DNA of 46,808 nucleotides from an uncultured Anaerolineales bacterium. GTDB lineage: Bacteria > Chloroflexota > Anaerolineae > Anaerolineales > UBA6663. Positions 36,896-45,638 of this stretch are shown piece after piece (within the stretch, counting starts at the first letter, position 1; each line of letters begins with the position of its first letter). The stretch is from assembly GCA_964449185.1 (NCBI GenBank), contig CAYUYN010000002.1, forward strand, positions 1 through 46,808. The letters are read 5' to 3'. The translations under genes and the position numbers were made by a program. Under the pieces are notes generated by a model, which was not told where the DNA came from, did not search any database, and saw only the letters and a list, made by a program, of their open reading frames with translations.

Positions 36896-37513
36896 CTAGG
36901 GCGGCGGGGTGCGCCCCATGAGGTTGGCCAAGCCATTGGCCGCCACTCGGTTCGCCAGCAAGGCGCACAGGCTGCCTGTAAACAGCACCCAGGGCAGCGC
37001 CAGCACGGTGCTCAGCAGGCTGAGCGCGGCCAGCATTACCGCCAGCGCGAAGCAGCATCCAGGCAGCCGCAGGTAGATGAACGCACTGAGGCGGAGGGCC
37101 TCACGCACACGCGGCCGCTCCATCTCGAGCATGAGCGGCAGCACAAACACCTGCAGGAGCAGCCAGGTGACTAAGAGCATTGGCAGGCAGGCTTGGAGAA
37201 AATCCGCCCACGACTGCTGCATCCGGCCGTAAAAGATATAACTGCCAGCCAGGGTTAAGAGCACGAAGACATTCAAGACGGCCCATCGGCTGGCTGGCCA
37301 CCAGTATTGACGAAAGCCCTCAAAGAAGGTTCGCCAGGAAACGCGTTCGCCATAGACCATTTGATGGGTCACGTAGGTGAGGCCCGCCGCCGCCGCCGGG
37401 GCGGTTACGATCGGGAGCGTGAAAACGACCCACAGCACGTTGACCATGATCAACTCAAGCGCTGAGTCGTAAGCGGCAAGCAGAGTTTTCCACAGAAGAT
37501 TTCCACAGGCCAT
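36896..37513 (-). CDS. YesL-like (DUF624) integral membrane protein
   Basis: Track ORF 36896-38101 trimmed to ATG 37513 (MACGNLLWKTLLAAYDSALELIMVNVLWVVFTLPIVTAPAA). It has about five hydrophobic spans. The upstream 196 codons overlap the plus-strand isochorismatase gene and look non-coding. Confidence 0.65.
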   Translation of the reverse strand: MACGNLLWKTLLAAYDSALELIMVNVLWVVFTLPIVTAPAAAAGLTYVTHQMVYGERVSWRTFFEGFRQYWWPASRWAVLNVFVLLTLAGSYIFYGRMQQSWADFLQACLPMLLVTWLLLQVFVLPLMLEMERPRVREALRLSAFIYLRLPGCCFALAVMLAALSLLSTVLALPWVLFTGSLCALLANRVAANGLANLMGRTPPP

Positions 37514-37578
37514 ACGTCTGAGCGTAGCGCACCCGCCCCACTTGGTCAAGCCGACGCGCGCAATGTTGGCCAGCCGTA

Positions 37579-37599
37579 AGCTCAAGCTGCCGTTGAGCT
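37579..37599. promoter_or_regulatory. Inverted repeat AGCTCAA-N7-TTGAGCT in a divergent intergenic region (candidate operator or 5' UTR hairpin)
   Basis: Perfect 7-bp arms at 37579-37585 and 37593-37599. It lies just upstream of the AGGAGG (37617-37622) and ATG (37628) of the isochorismatase-like gene. Confidence 0.3.
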
Positions 37600-37627
37600 C
37601 ATTTCCACACGCATGCAGGAGGCTGTC

Positions 37628-38377
37628 ATGACCGTACACCACGCACTCAAGCTGCCGGGCCGCTTTTACCGTGCCTATCCTCCCGAGCAGCCGCTGGGTT
37701 ACGCCACCGACGCCGTCGAGCTTGGGCTGCACGAAACCATGTTCCTGCTGGTGGATGTCTACGGTAAGGGCTTTGATGCCGACCAGGCACTGGGCCAGGC
37801 CGATGCGTTTTACACGCGCGCCGTGGAGGCGGCCCGCGACACGGTGATTACCCGCATTCTGCCGGCCAAGCAAGCAGCCAAAGCAGCGGGCTTGCCCGTC
37901 ATTTATCTCACCAACTATCTCTCGCCCGGGTTGAACCACCAGCACGAATGGCGCAACCTCTCCCTGCGCACGCTGAATATCGATGTCCTGGAAGCGTGGA
38001 CCGAGCCCAATGACGCCTTGGCCTTTTCTGAGATCATTGCGCCCACGGCCGGCGAGTATCTGATCAAAAAGCAGTTTTACAGCGGCTTCTTCGAGACCCA
38101 CCTGGACTCGCTTCTGCGTAGCCTGGGTGCGCGCAACCTGGTGACGGTGGGCTATGACAGCCGCATCTGTCTGGCCGCCACGATAACCGACGCCATGTAC
38201 CGGAATTACCGCGTCATCACGCTACGCGATTGCATCGGCACGAACGAAGAGGCCGAGACGAAAGAGGGCGGCTGGGCGAACTTTCTGGCCGTGCGCTATA
38301 TCGAGACGAATGTGGGCTATACGGCCACCGCCGCGGAGTGGATTGAGGCGTGCCAGGCTCTGGCAGGCGGGGACTGA
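37628..38377 (+). CDS. Isochorismatase-family cysteine hydrolase (paralog of 2713-3399)
   Basis: ATG 37628 (MTVHHALKL) is preferred because AGGAGG lies 5 nt upstream. An alternative ATG is at 37613. Triad contexts are FLLVDVYG, KKQFYSGF and GYDSRICL. Confidence 0.8.
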   Translation: MTVHHALKLPGRFYRAYPPEQPLGYATDAVELGLHETMFLLVDVYGKGFDADQALGQADAFYTRAVEAARDTVITRILPAKQAAKAAGLPVIYLTNYLSPGLNHQHEWRNLSLRTLNIDVLEAWTEPNDALAFSEIIAPTAGEYLIKKQFYSGFFETHLDSLLRSLGARNLVTVGYDSRICLAATITDAMYRNYRVITLRDCIGTNEEAETKEGGWANFLAVRYIETNVGYTATAAEWIEACQALAGGD

Positions 38378-38384
38378 GGCGCCG

Positions 38385-39374
38385 GTGGCCGCCACGCTCA
38401 ACCTGGGGATTGTTGGCTACGGCCAGTCGGCCGTGCTGATGCATGCCGGCTTTGTGGCCCAGCCGGGCGTCGCCGTGCGGTGGGTGATTGGCCGCTTGCC
38501 CGAGCCCACGGCGCAGTTTGCGGCGGAGCGCGGCATCGCGCATCACGGCGTCGATCTCGAAGCGGCCCTGGCCGATGAGACGTTGGATGCGATTGTTATT
38601 TGCACGCCGCATGCGCTGCACTATACGCAGGCGCTGCGGGCGCTCCAGGCCGGCAAGCACGCCATTGTCGAGGTACCCCTGACGCTCAGCTACGCGGAGG
38701 CCTGTCACCTGGTGGAGGTGGCGGCTGCCGGCGGGCGGCAGTTGTCGATTCCGCACATCTCGCGCTACCTGCCGATGTACGTCGAGGCCCAGCAGCGCCT
38801 CCAGGCGGGTGAGTTGGGCCGCGTGTTCCAGTTTATCTACCGCCGGCTGTGGCTACAACGCGGCATCGGCAACATGCTCAAGCGGCAGCGTAGCTGGCTG
38901 GACACGGTCTCGTGGCATCACGCGGCCCATCCCGTCGATCTCGCCATGTGGCTGCTGGGGGAGCCGATGCAGTGTGTGAGCGCCGTGATCGGGCGTGATC
39001 GCCAGTCGAACAAAGAGGTCGATCTCAGCACGCACTTCGTCATGCCGTCCGGCACCATCATCACCCTGACGCTGTCTTACAACGCGCGCCAGGACTTTCT
39101 GGATACCGTCATCATCGGTGAGCACAGCCTGCTGGAGTTCCAGGGTTTCTCAGCCCTGCGCCGGTCGGGCGAGGTGTTGCTGCAGCCGACCAGCGCTATC
39201 GAGGTGCAAAGCCTGGCCTACGAACGGTACATTGCGGCCGCGGTGGCAGGCCTGCGCGGCGCAGCCCCCATGCCTGTCACCGGTGCCGAGATCCTGCCTG
39301 TCATGGAACAACTACAGCGTATGCACGACTTAGCCGCCGGCGCGCCCGCTCCCGTGCTGACCGCCGCCCATTGA
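38385..39374 (+). CDS. Gfo/Idh/MocA family oxidoreductase
   Basis: The start is inferred as GTG 38385 (VAATLNLGIVGYGQSA), 7 nt after the upstream TGA. The track ORF start at 38310 overlaps the previous gene. It has a Rossmann N-terminus and GKHAIVEVPL at the EKP position. Confidence 0.7.
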   Translation: MAATLNLGIVGYGQSAVLMHAGFVAQPGVAVRWVIGRLPEPTAQFAAERGIAHHGVDLEAALADETLDAIVICTPHALHYTQALRALQAGKHAIVEVPLTLSYAEACHLVEVAAAGGRQLSIPHISRYLPMYVEAQQRLQAGELGRVFQFIYRRLWLQRGIGNMLKRQRSWLDTVSWHHAAHPVDLAMWLLGEPMQCVSAVIGRDRQSNKEVDLSTHFVMPSGTIITLTLSYNARQDFLDTVIIGEHSLLEFQGFSALRRSGEVLLQPTSAIEVQSLAYERYIAAAVAGLRGAAPMPVTGAEILPVMEQLQRMHDLAAGAPAPVLTAAH

Positions 39375-39385
39375 AAGGACCCGTC

Positions 39386-40297
39386 ATGCTTCAGCCTCCC
39401 GCGATTAGCGGCATCTTTCCGGCCGTCTTGACCATGTTCTCGAAAGAGGGGGAGCTCGATCTTGCCAGCACCGCGCAGCACGTCGAGTATCTGATCGGCA
39501 GCGGTGTGCATGGCCTCATTGCGACCGGCACCTCGGGCGAGTTTATCGCCATGACCGAGGCCGAGCGCATGCAGGTGATCCAACTGGTGATTGAAACCGC
39601 GGCGGGGCGGGTGCCGGTGTATGCCGGCACGGGCCACTACAGCACGCGCGCGACCATTGACTTGACGTGCGCGGCTGAGCAGTTGGGCGCCAGCGGCGCC
39701 ATCGTCATCCTGCCCTATTACCAGAAGCCACCCAAGCCGGCCATTCTGGAGCACTTTCGCACGCTGCGGCGCGCGACCAGTCTGCCCATCATGCTCTACG
39801 ACAATCCGTTTTACGCGGGCACGGTGGAGCTTTCGCCGCAGGATGTGGCCGACCTGGCCACTTCCGGCGTGGTGCAGAGCGTCAAGTCCACGTTTGAGAG
39901 CGTCGCGCGCTTGCAGGACTTGCGCTCGCTGAGCGGCGACCACCTGCGCGTCTTCTACGGCACGTTCCAGTCTCCGCTTGAAGCGTTGTTGGGCGGCGCG
40001 CATGGCTGGGTCAGCGGGTTCCTCAACTTCCTAACCAAGGACTGTGTGGCGCTGTACGATGCGTGTGCCGCCGGCAACGTGCCAGAGGCGCGAGCGATCT
40101 GGCAGCGGCTGCTGCCCTATAAGCAGCTCTTCACGCTCAACCGCCTTGGGCCGGTCAACGACTTGGCGATTTACCGGGCCGGCCTGATGCTGCTGGGTCA
40201 GCACGGCGGCTATTCCCGCGCGCCGTTCTATCCGCTGACCGACGCGCAAACGGCCCAGCTCAAAGAGTTGATGCAGTCGCAGGGCCGCCTGCCATGA
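39386..40297 (+). CDS. Dihydrodipicolinate synthase/N-acetylneuraminate lyase-family class I aldolase or 2-keto-3-deoxy-sugar-acid dehydratase
   Basis: ATG 39386 has GAAAGGA 6 nt upstream. Motifs are GTSGEF, LPYYQKP and YDNP, with a candidate Schiff-base Lys in VQSVKST. Confidence 0.85.
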   Translation: MLQPPAISGIFPAVLTMFSKEGELDLASTAQHVEYLIGSGVHGLIATGTSGEFIAMTEAERMQVIQLVIETAAGRVPVYAGTGHYSTRATIDLTCAAEQLGASGAIVILPYYQKPPKPAILEHFRTLRRATSLPIMLYDNPFYAGTVELSPQDVADLATSGVVQSVKSTFESVARLQDLRSLSGDHLRVFYGTFQSPLEALLGGAHGWVSGFLNFLTKDCVALYDACAAGNVPEARAIWQRLLPYKQLFTLNRLGPVNDLAIYRAGLMLLGQHGGYSRAPFYPLTDAQTAQLKELMQSQGRLP

Positions 40298-41499
40298 AGA
40301 TTACGGCGCTGCGCACGCGGCTGGTGGCCTTGGGCGCGAAGAACTGCATCTTTGTGCTGATTGAGACTGATGCCGGTATTACTGGGCTGGGCGAAACGGT
40401 CCTTAAGCGCAAGTCGAAAATGATCGAAGCCGGTATTCATGAACTGTCGCGCTATCTGATCGGGCAGGACCCCACACACATTGAGGCGCATTGGGAAAAG
40501 ATGTACCGCGACTCGTTCTGGGTGGGCGGACCCATGGCCACCACACCCCTCAGTGCGGTCGAAATGGCCCTGTGGGATATTCTGGGCCAAAGCCTCAACG
40601 TGCCGATCCACAAACTGCTCGGCGGTCCTACCCGTGACCGGGTGCCGGTCTACTGTCACTGCTCGGCCGGGGCCACCCCGGAGGCATTTGCGGCCAACGC
40701 CCGCGCGTGCGTAGCGCAGGGGTATCGCGCCATGAAGGCCACGCTGCCCCTCTTCTATGGGGCGCAGAGCAGCGTTAAGGTGGGCGGGCAGGCGGCACGG
40801 CCTAACTTTGGCTACTCAGGCACCGTCGGTGAGATCGACCGCAGCCTGAAGGAAACTGAGCTGCTGCCGGCCGATGTTTTCCGGCGCATCCGCGACTTCT
40901 TTATCGCCGCGCGCGAAGCGGTTGGCCCGGGCGTGCACCTGATGGTGGACTGCCATGGCCGATTTAGCCCGGCCAACGCCCGGCGGCTGTGCGAAGCCTT
41001 GAGTGACCTGGACCTGCTCTTCGTGGAGGAGCCGGTGCCGCCGGAGAACGTCGAAGCGCTGTGCCAGGTGACGGCGGCCAGCCCGCTGCCGATCGCTGCC
41101 GGAGAACGTTGGTCGACCATCTATGACGCCCGGCGTTTCTTGGGCCGGCAGGCCGTGGCGGTGGCCCAGCCCGACGTGGCCAATTGCGGCGGGCTGATGC
41201 AGGCGAAGAAGATTGCGGCCCTGGCCGAGGCCGAATACATCAGCATTGCCCCGCACAATCCCAACGGCCCAGTAGCGACGGCCGCCGCGGTGCAGCTGGC
41301 GGCCAGCATTCCCAACTTCCTCATCTTGGAAACGATTGGCTCGGCCGCCGACCGCGCCCTGCAGGCGGAGGTCGTTAGCCCGGCGCTGCGTTTCGAGGAA
41401 GGTTGCCTGCTGCTGCCCGAAGGGCCAGGCCTGGGGCTGAAGCTGGATGAAGACGCCTGCCAGCGCTATCCCTACCAGGCCTTTGATGGCTGGCGTTAG
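40294..41499 (+). CDS. Enolase-superfamily (MR/MLE family) sugar-acid dehydratase-like
   Basis: 401 aa with an ATGA overlap. Motifs are LMVDCHGR (DxH), LFVEEPVPPEN, AAGERW and PHNPNGPVA. Paralog of 24736-25878. Confidence 0.85.
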   Translation: MKITALRTRLVALGAKNCIFVLIETDAGITGLGETVLKRKSKMIEAGIHELSRYLIGQDPTHIEAHWEKMYRDSFWVGGPMATTPLSAVEMALWDILGQSLNVPIHKLLGGPTRDRVPVYCHCSAGATPEAFAANARACVAQGYRAMKATLPLFYGAQSSVKVGGQAARPNFGYSGTVGEIDRSLKETELLPADVFRRIRDFFIAAREAVGPGVHLMVDCHGRFSPANARRLCEALSDLDLLFVEEPVPPENVEALCQVTAASPLPIAAGERWSTIYDARRFLGRQAVAVAQPDVANCGGLMQAKKIAALAEAEYISIAPHNPNGPVATAAAVQLAASIPNFLILETIGSAADRALQAEVVSPALRFEEGCLLLPEGPGLGLKLDEDACQRYPYQAFDGWR

Positions 41500-41526
41500 A
41501 TTGAGTGGGTTGACGAGGAGACGGAA

Positions 41527-42459
41527 ATGAGCCTAGCCGTTGGCTTTATTGGCCTGGGCGTAATGGGTCAGCCGATGGCGCTGAATATTCTGAGGGCCGG
41601 CCTCCCCCTGACGGTCTACAACCGGACTGCAGCCCGCTGCGAACCTCTCCTGGCGGCCGGGGCACAGCATGCTGGCTCGCCGGCCGATGTAGCGCGTGCC
41701 TCCACGGTCACGATCACCATGCTCTCGGACTCGCCGGATGTCGAGCAGGTGGTGCTGGGGCCGGAGGGCGTGGCCGAGGGAGCCCGGCCCGGCGCGGTGG
41801 TGGTTGACATGAGCACGATTTCGCCGCGCGTAACCCGCGCGATCGCGGCGCGGCTGGAGACGCAGCAGGTCTCTCTGGTGGATGCGCCCGTCAGCGGAGG
41901 CGAGGCTGGCGCACAGGCCGGCACTTTGTCGATTCTGATAGGGGGCAACCCGGCGGCCGTCGAAAGCGCTCGTCCCATATTGGCGGTGCTGGGGAAGCGC
42001 CTCACCCATCTTGGACCGAGCGGCGCCGGGCAGACGGCCAAGCTGTGTAATCAGATTGTGGGCATGCTCAACTTGCTTGCGGCAAGCGAGGGGCTGCTGT
42101 TTGCCGCCCGCAACGGCCTGAACCTGGAACAAGTGCTGGAGGCGGTGGGGGCCGGGGCCGCCGGGTCCTGGCAGTGGTCGAACAGCGGGGCCAGCATGAT
42201 CCGGCGCAACTTTGCCCCTGGCTTCCGCGTGACGCTCGCCCAAAAGGACCTGCGGCTGGCGTTGGAAAACGCCGCCGAGTTAAACCTGCCGCTGGTGGCG
42301 ACGAACCAGCTCGCGGCGCTGTTCCGATCGCTGGAGGGGCATGGTCAAGGTGAGCTGGGGGTCCAGGCGCTAGTTTTGGCTTTGGAAAATCTGGCTGGCT
42401 TCAGCCTGACCGGCGAGCAGCTCGACCCGCCAGCGCCGCGCGGCGCTGCCAACAAATGA
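41527..42459 (+). CDS. Beta-hydroxyacid dehydrogenase family (3-hydroxyisobutyrate / 2-hydroxy-3-oxopropionate reductase-like)
   Basis: Motifs are VGFIGLGVMGQPMA, DAPVSGG and GAGQTAKLCNQ. Confidence 0.85.
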   Translation: MSLAVGFIGLGVMGQPMALNILRAGLPLTVYNRTAARCEPLLAAGAQHAGSPADVARASTVTITMLSDSPDVEQVVLGPEGVAEGARPGAVVVDMSTISPRVTRAIAARLETQQVSLVDAPVSGGEAGAQAGTLSILIGGNPAAVESARPILAVLGKRLTHLGPSGAGQTAKLCNQIVGMLNLLAASEGLLFAARNGLNLEQVLEAVGAGAAGSWQWSNSGASMIRRNFAPGFRVTLAQKDLRLALENAAELNLPLVATNQLAALFRSLEGHGQGELGVQALVLALENLAGFSLTGEQLDPPAPRGAANK

Positions 42460-43845
42460 CTCGGGTTGCACGGAAGCTCGCGGGCATGCAGCCGATTGAT
42501 TGGGCCGCCGTTACGGCCGAGGCCGTGCGGCACTTGCGAGCGCTGATTCGCCTGGACACAACGAATCCGCCCGGCAATGAGCTGGCCGCGGCTAACTACC
42601 TGGCGCAGGTGCTGCGCGCCGAGGGCCTGGAGCCGCTGGTGCTCGAAGCGGCTCCAGGGCGTGGGAATATGATTGTGCGCTTGAGAGGCACCGGCGAAGC
42701 CGCGCCCCTGCTGCTCTATAGCCACACCGACGTCGTGCCGGTCGAGCCGGCCCACTGGTCACACCCGCCTTTTGCGGGCGAGCTGGCGGATGGGTATGTT
42801 TGGGGGCGCGGAGCCGTTGACATGAAGGGCACGGTGGCCGAGCAGTTGGTGGTGGTGCTGCTGCTGCTCAAGCGACAGGGTGTGGCCCTGAAGCGGGATG
42901 TTATCTTTGCGGCCACGGCAGATGAGGAGGTGGCCGGAAAGAACGGCTACGGCGTGGCCTGGTTGGGTGAAACATCATCCAGAGCTGCTGCGGGCTGAGT
43001 TTGGCCTGAGTGAGGTAGGTGGCTATAACCTGAACCTGGGCGGGCAATCCATCTACCTGATCCAGGTGGCTGAGAAGGGCGCATGCTGGCTCAAGGTGCG
43101 CGCCAAGGGCCGGCCCGGACACGGTTCCTTACCGCATGACGACAATGCGGTGGCCCACCTGGTGCAGTCCCTCAACCGTTTGCTTTCCCAGGGCCTGCCG
43201 TACCATCTCCCAGACGCGACGGCTACCTTTTTGGATGCGGCGGCGCGGGCGGCCGCGGCGACGCCGATGGGTGATGTGCTCCAGCGGCTCAAGTCGCCAG
43301 AAACGGCCGCGCGCGTTTTTGCCCACGATCTGCGCGGTCACGAGCTGCACCCATTCTTGTATGCCATGCTGCATAACACGGCCACCCCTACTGGCCTGTC
43401 CGCCGGCTACAAGACCAATGTGATACCCAGTGGGGCCGAGGCGACCATTGATGGGCGTACGCTGCCCGGCTACGACACGGAGAGCTTCCTGGCTGAGCTC
43501 CGGCCCGTCCTGGGGGAACACCTTGAGTACGAGGTGTTGCTCGAGACACCACCGCTGCAGGTATCGCACGAGACATCTTTATATGATTTGATGGCGGACA
43601 GCATCCGTGCGCATGACCCTAAGGCCATGGTCGTCCCCTACATCCTATCGGCAGCCATCGATGCTAAGTATCTGGCACCGATCGGCGTGCCGACCTATGG
43701 CTTTGCGCCCATGCGGTTGCCACCGGATATGCGGCTGATGGAGATGTTCCACGCCCACGACGAGCGGGCGCCAATTGCAGGGCTGGGGTGGGGCGTGCAA
43801 GTGCTCTATGACGTGGTGCGGCGCTACTGTGTTGGCGATGCGTAG
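42456..43845 (+). pseudogene. M20-family metallopeptidase/deacylase, split by a +1 frameshift at the G-run 42965-42967
   Basis: Frame A (42456-42998) carries HTDVV, GRGAVDMKG and ADEEVAG, then ends ...GVAWLGETSSRAAAG*. Frame B (to 43845) continues with WVKHHPELLRAEFGLSEVGG...HAHDERAP. Removing one G from TTGGGTG restores a continuous GVAWLVKHHPELL. It may be a true pseudogene or a homopolymer sequencing error. Confidence 0.7.
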
Positions 43846-43889
43846 CTGAGCCTCGGTTCTCAGCCGAGTAGGAAGTCGCCAAGAAGCTG

Positions 43890-44768
43890 TTGACAGTCAT
43901 CCCGCTAGCCGTCCAAGAGACGCGTCAGGTCTCCGTGTCAAAGTTCGCTGGGGAGATCCTGGTCAATACGCACGCCATGAGCTATTACGACCTGCAGCTC
44001 TATGATTTCGGCGTGGGCGAGCACACGCCGGCGGCGCTGCGCGAGCGTTTCGCGCGTGACGACTCTTTCTACGAGCGCCTGGGCGTGCCGTGCGCGCGCA
44101 CCCTGCGCGACCATTGGGGCGAGATCGGGGTGGCCTCGCTGCCTTTCTTGAAGGAACGCGGCCGGCTCTACATCAATACCCCGATCTTCATCGGCGAGCA
44201 CAAGGCCGACCAGTTTCTGCCTCCCTATGGAATGGGATACTGGCCCTACAACTCGACGCTTTGTTTCTACGACGTTCTGCCGGACGACAACGACTTCCGC
44301 ATCCTGGGCGCCTTCTACGAGCGCCAGTTGGCCGACTTCCTGAGCGGCACGACCATGCTGCTGCAGGAGTCGCCCTTCAACGACGTGTCCAAGGCGGCCG
44401 CGAAGGCGGCGTTCCAGATCCGCCATGGCCTGAGCAACGCTTTCTACGCCGACCTGGTCACCCACGAGCACAAGTTTTCGGTGTTGAAGCTGGAGGAGTG
44501 GGACCAGATCCTCGGCCGCGCAGCGCAGTTGACGAGCCGCTTCGAGAAGATCTACGCTCTCTACGACGACATTTCACGCTACGTGACCGATAAAGACCAG
44601 ACCTGGCTGGTGAGCGCCGGCCGATCAGGCGCGGGCCTGCGCTGCGAGGTGCGCGGCCGGGCGGCGGCGCCGCTGCGCCTCTCGGTGTTCACCGACCTCG
44701 ACGACGGATTTGAGAGGCGCTACGTGGATGTGCCGGCCTTCGAGGGCCAGATCATGGTCGAGGCCTGA
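43890..44768 (+). CDS. Hypothetical protein (292 aa), family not recognised
   Basis: ORF with GC3-rich codon usage. The start is uncertain: TTG 43890 or ATG 43977. Its stop overlaps the ATG at 44768 by 1 nt. Confidence 0.5.
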   Translation: MTVIPLAVQETRQVSVSKFAGEILVNTHAMSYYDLQLYDFGVGEHTPAALRERFARDDSFYERLGVPCARTLRDHWGEIGVASLPFLKERGRLYINTPIFIGEHKADQFLPPYGMGYWPYNSTLCFYDVLPDDNDFRILGAFYERQLADFLSGTTMLLQESPFNDVSKAAAKAAFQIRHGLSNAFYADLVTHEHKFSVLKLEEWDQILGRAAQLTSRFEKIYALYDDISRYVTDKDQTWLVSAGRSGAGLRCEVRGRAAAPLRLSVFTDLDDGFERRYVDVPAFEGQIMVEA

Positions 44769-44803
44769 TGGGCCGCCGTTTAATGGACAGGGAGGACAGA
44801 CGG

Positions 44804-45601
44804 ATGGACCTCAAGCTCGCCAACAAGGTCGCCTTGATCACCGGTGGAAGCCGGGGCATTGGGCTGCGCACCGCCCGGCTGTTTGCCGAGGAGGGCGTTC
44901 ACCTGGGGATTTGCGGCCGCCGCGCCTCCGATGTGGAGGCCGCGGCCGCCGAGCTGCGCGCCAGGGGGGTCAAGGTAACGGCCGTGCCGGCCGACGTGAC
45001 CGTCCCGGCCGAGGCGGCGGCGTTCGTCGAGCGGTGTGCGGCCGAGCTGGGCCAAATCGATATCCTGATCAACAACGTGGGCGGTTCGGCCGGCGGCCTG
45101 AATTTGATGGAAGTGACCGACGAGGATTGGCAGCGCAGCTTTGAGCTCAATCCCTTCCAGATGGTGCGCATGGCGCGGCTGGTGGTGCCGCACCTGCGCC
45201 GGCAGGGCGGCGGCGCCATCGTCAACCTAGCGTCCATCTCGGGTTGGCACCCGCAGCTTTCTGGAACGCCACAGTACGGCACGGCCAAGGCGGCGGTGAT
45301 TTTTATGACCGAGCGGCTGGCGCTGGAATTGGCGCGCGACAATATCCGCGTCAACACCGTCTCCCCCGGCTCCATCGTCTGGGACGGCGGCGACTGGGAC
45401 GACTACCGGAAAACCCAGCCCGAATCGTACGCGACCTATGTGCGCGAGGGATTTCCGATGGGGCGCCTGGGCGTGCCGGAAGAGGTGGCGGATGTGATCG
45501 TCTTCATGGCCTCGCCGCGCGCGAACTGGATCAACGGGCGGCATATCCCGGTGGACGGGCTCGAGCAGCCCTTGCCGGCGCCCGGCTATCGGCCGTGGTA
45601 G
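44804..45601 (+). CDS. Classical short-chain dehydrogenase/reductase (FabG-like)
   Basis: ATG 44804 (MDLKLANKVALITGGSRGIG) has GGGAGGA 7 nt upstream. Motifs are TGxxxGIG, NNVG and YGTAKAA. Confidence 0.85.
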   Translation: MDLKLANKVALITGGSRGIGLRTARLFAEEGVHLGICGRRASDVEAAAAELRARGVKVTAVPADVTVPAEAAAFVERCAAELGQIDILINNVGGSAGGLNLMEVTDEDWQRSFELNPFQMVRMARLVVPHLRRQGGGAIVNLASISGWHPQLSGTPQYGTAKAAVIFMTERLALELARDNIRVNTVSPGSIVWDGGDWDDYRKTQPESYATYVREGFPMGRLGVPEEVADVIVFMASPRANWINGRHIPVDGLEQPLPAPGYRPW

Positions 45602-45638
45602 ACTTGCTGGGTGCTCGGAGACAGATCGGAGGCAAAGG

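Noticed and set aside
36896-38101. N-terminal extensions proposed by the ORF track (36896-38101, 3450-5054, 1656-2744, 14509-16923, 31632-32690, 32620-34404, 38310-39374, 44768-45601)
   Set aside because: The extensions are Pro/Arg-rich, overlap neighbouring genes, or start at TTG or GTG. Internal starts give Shine-Dalgarno sites, ATGA coupling and N-termini typical of the families, so I trimmed the coordinates.
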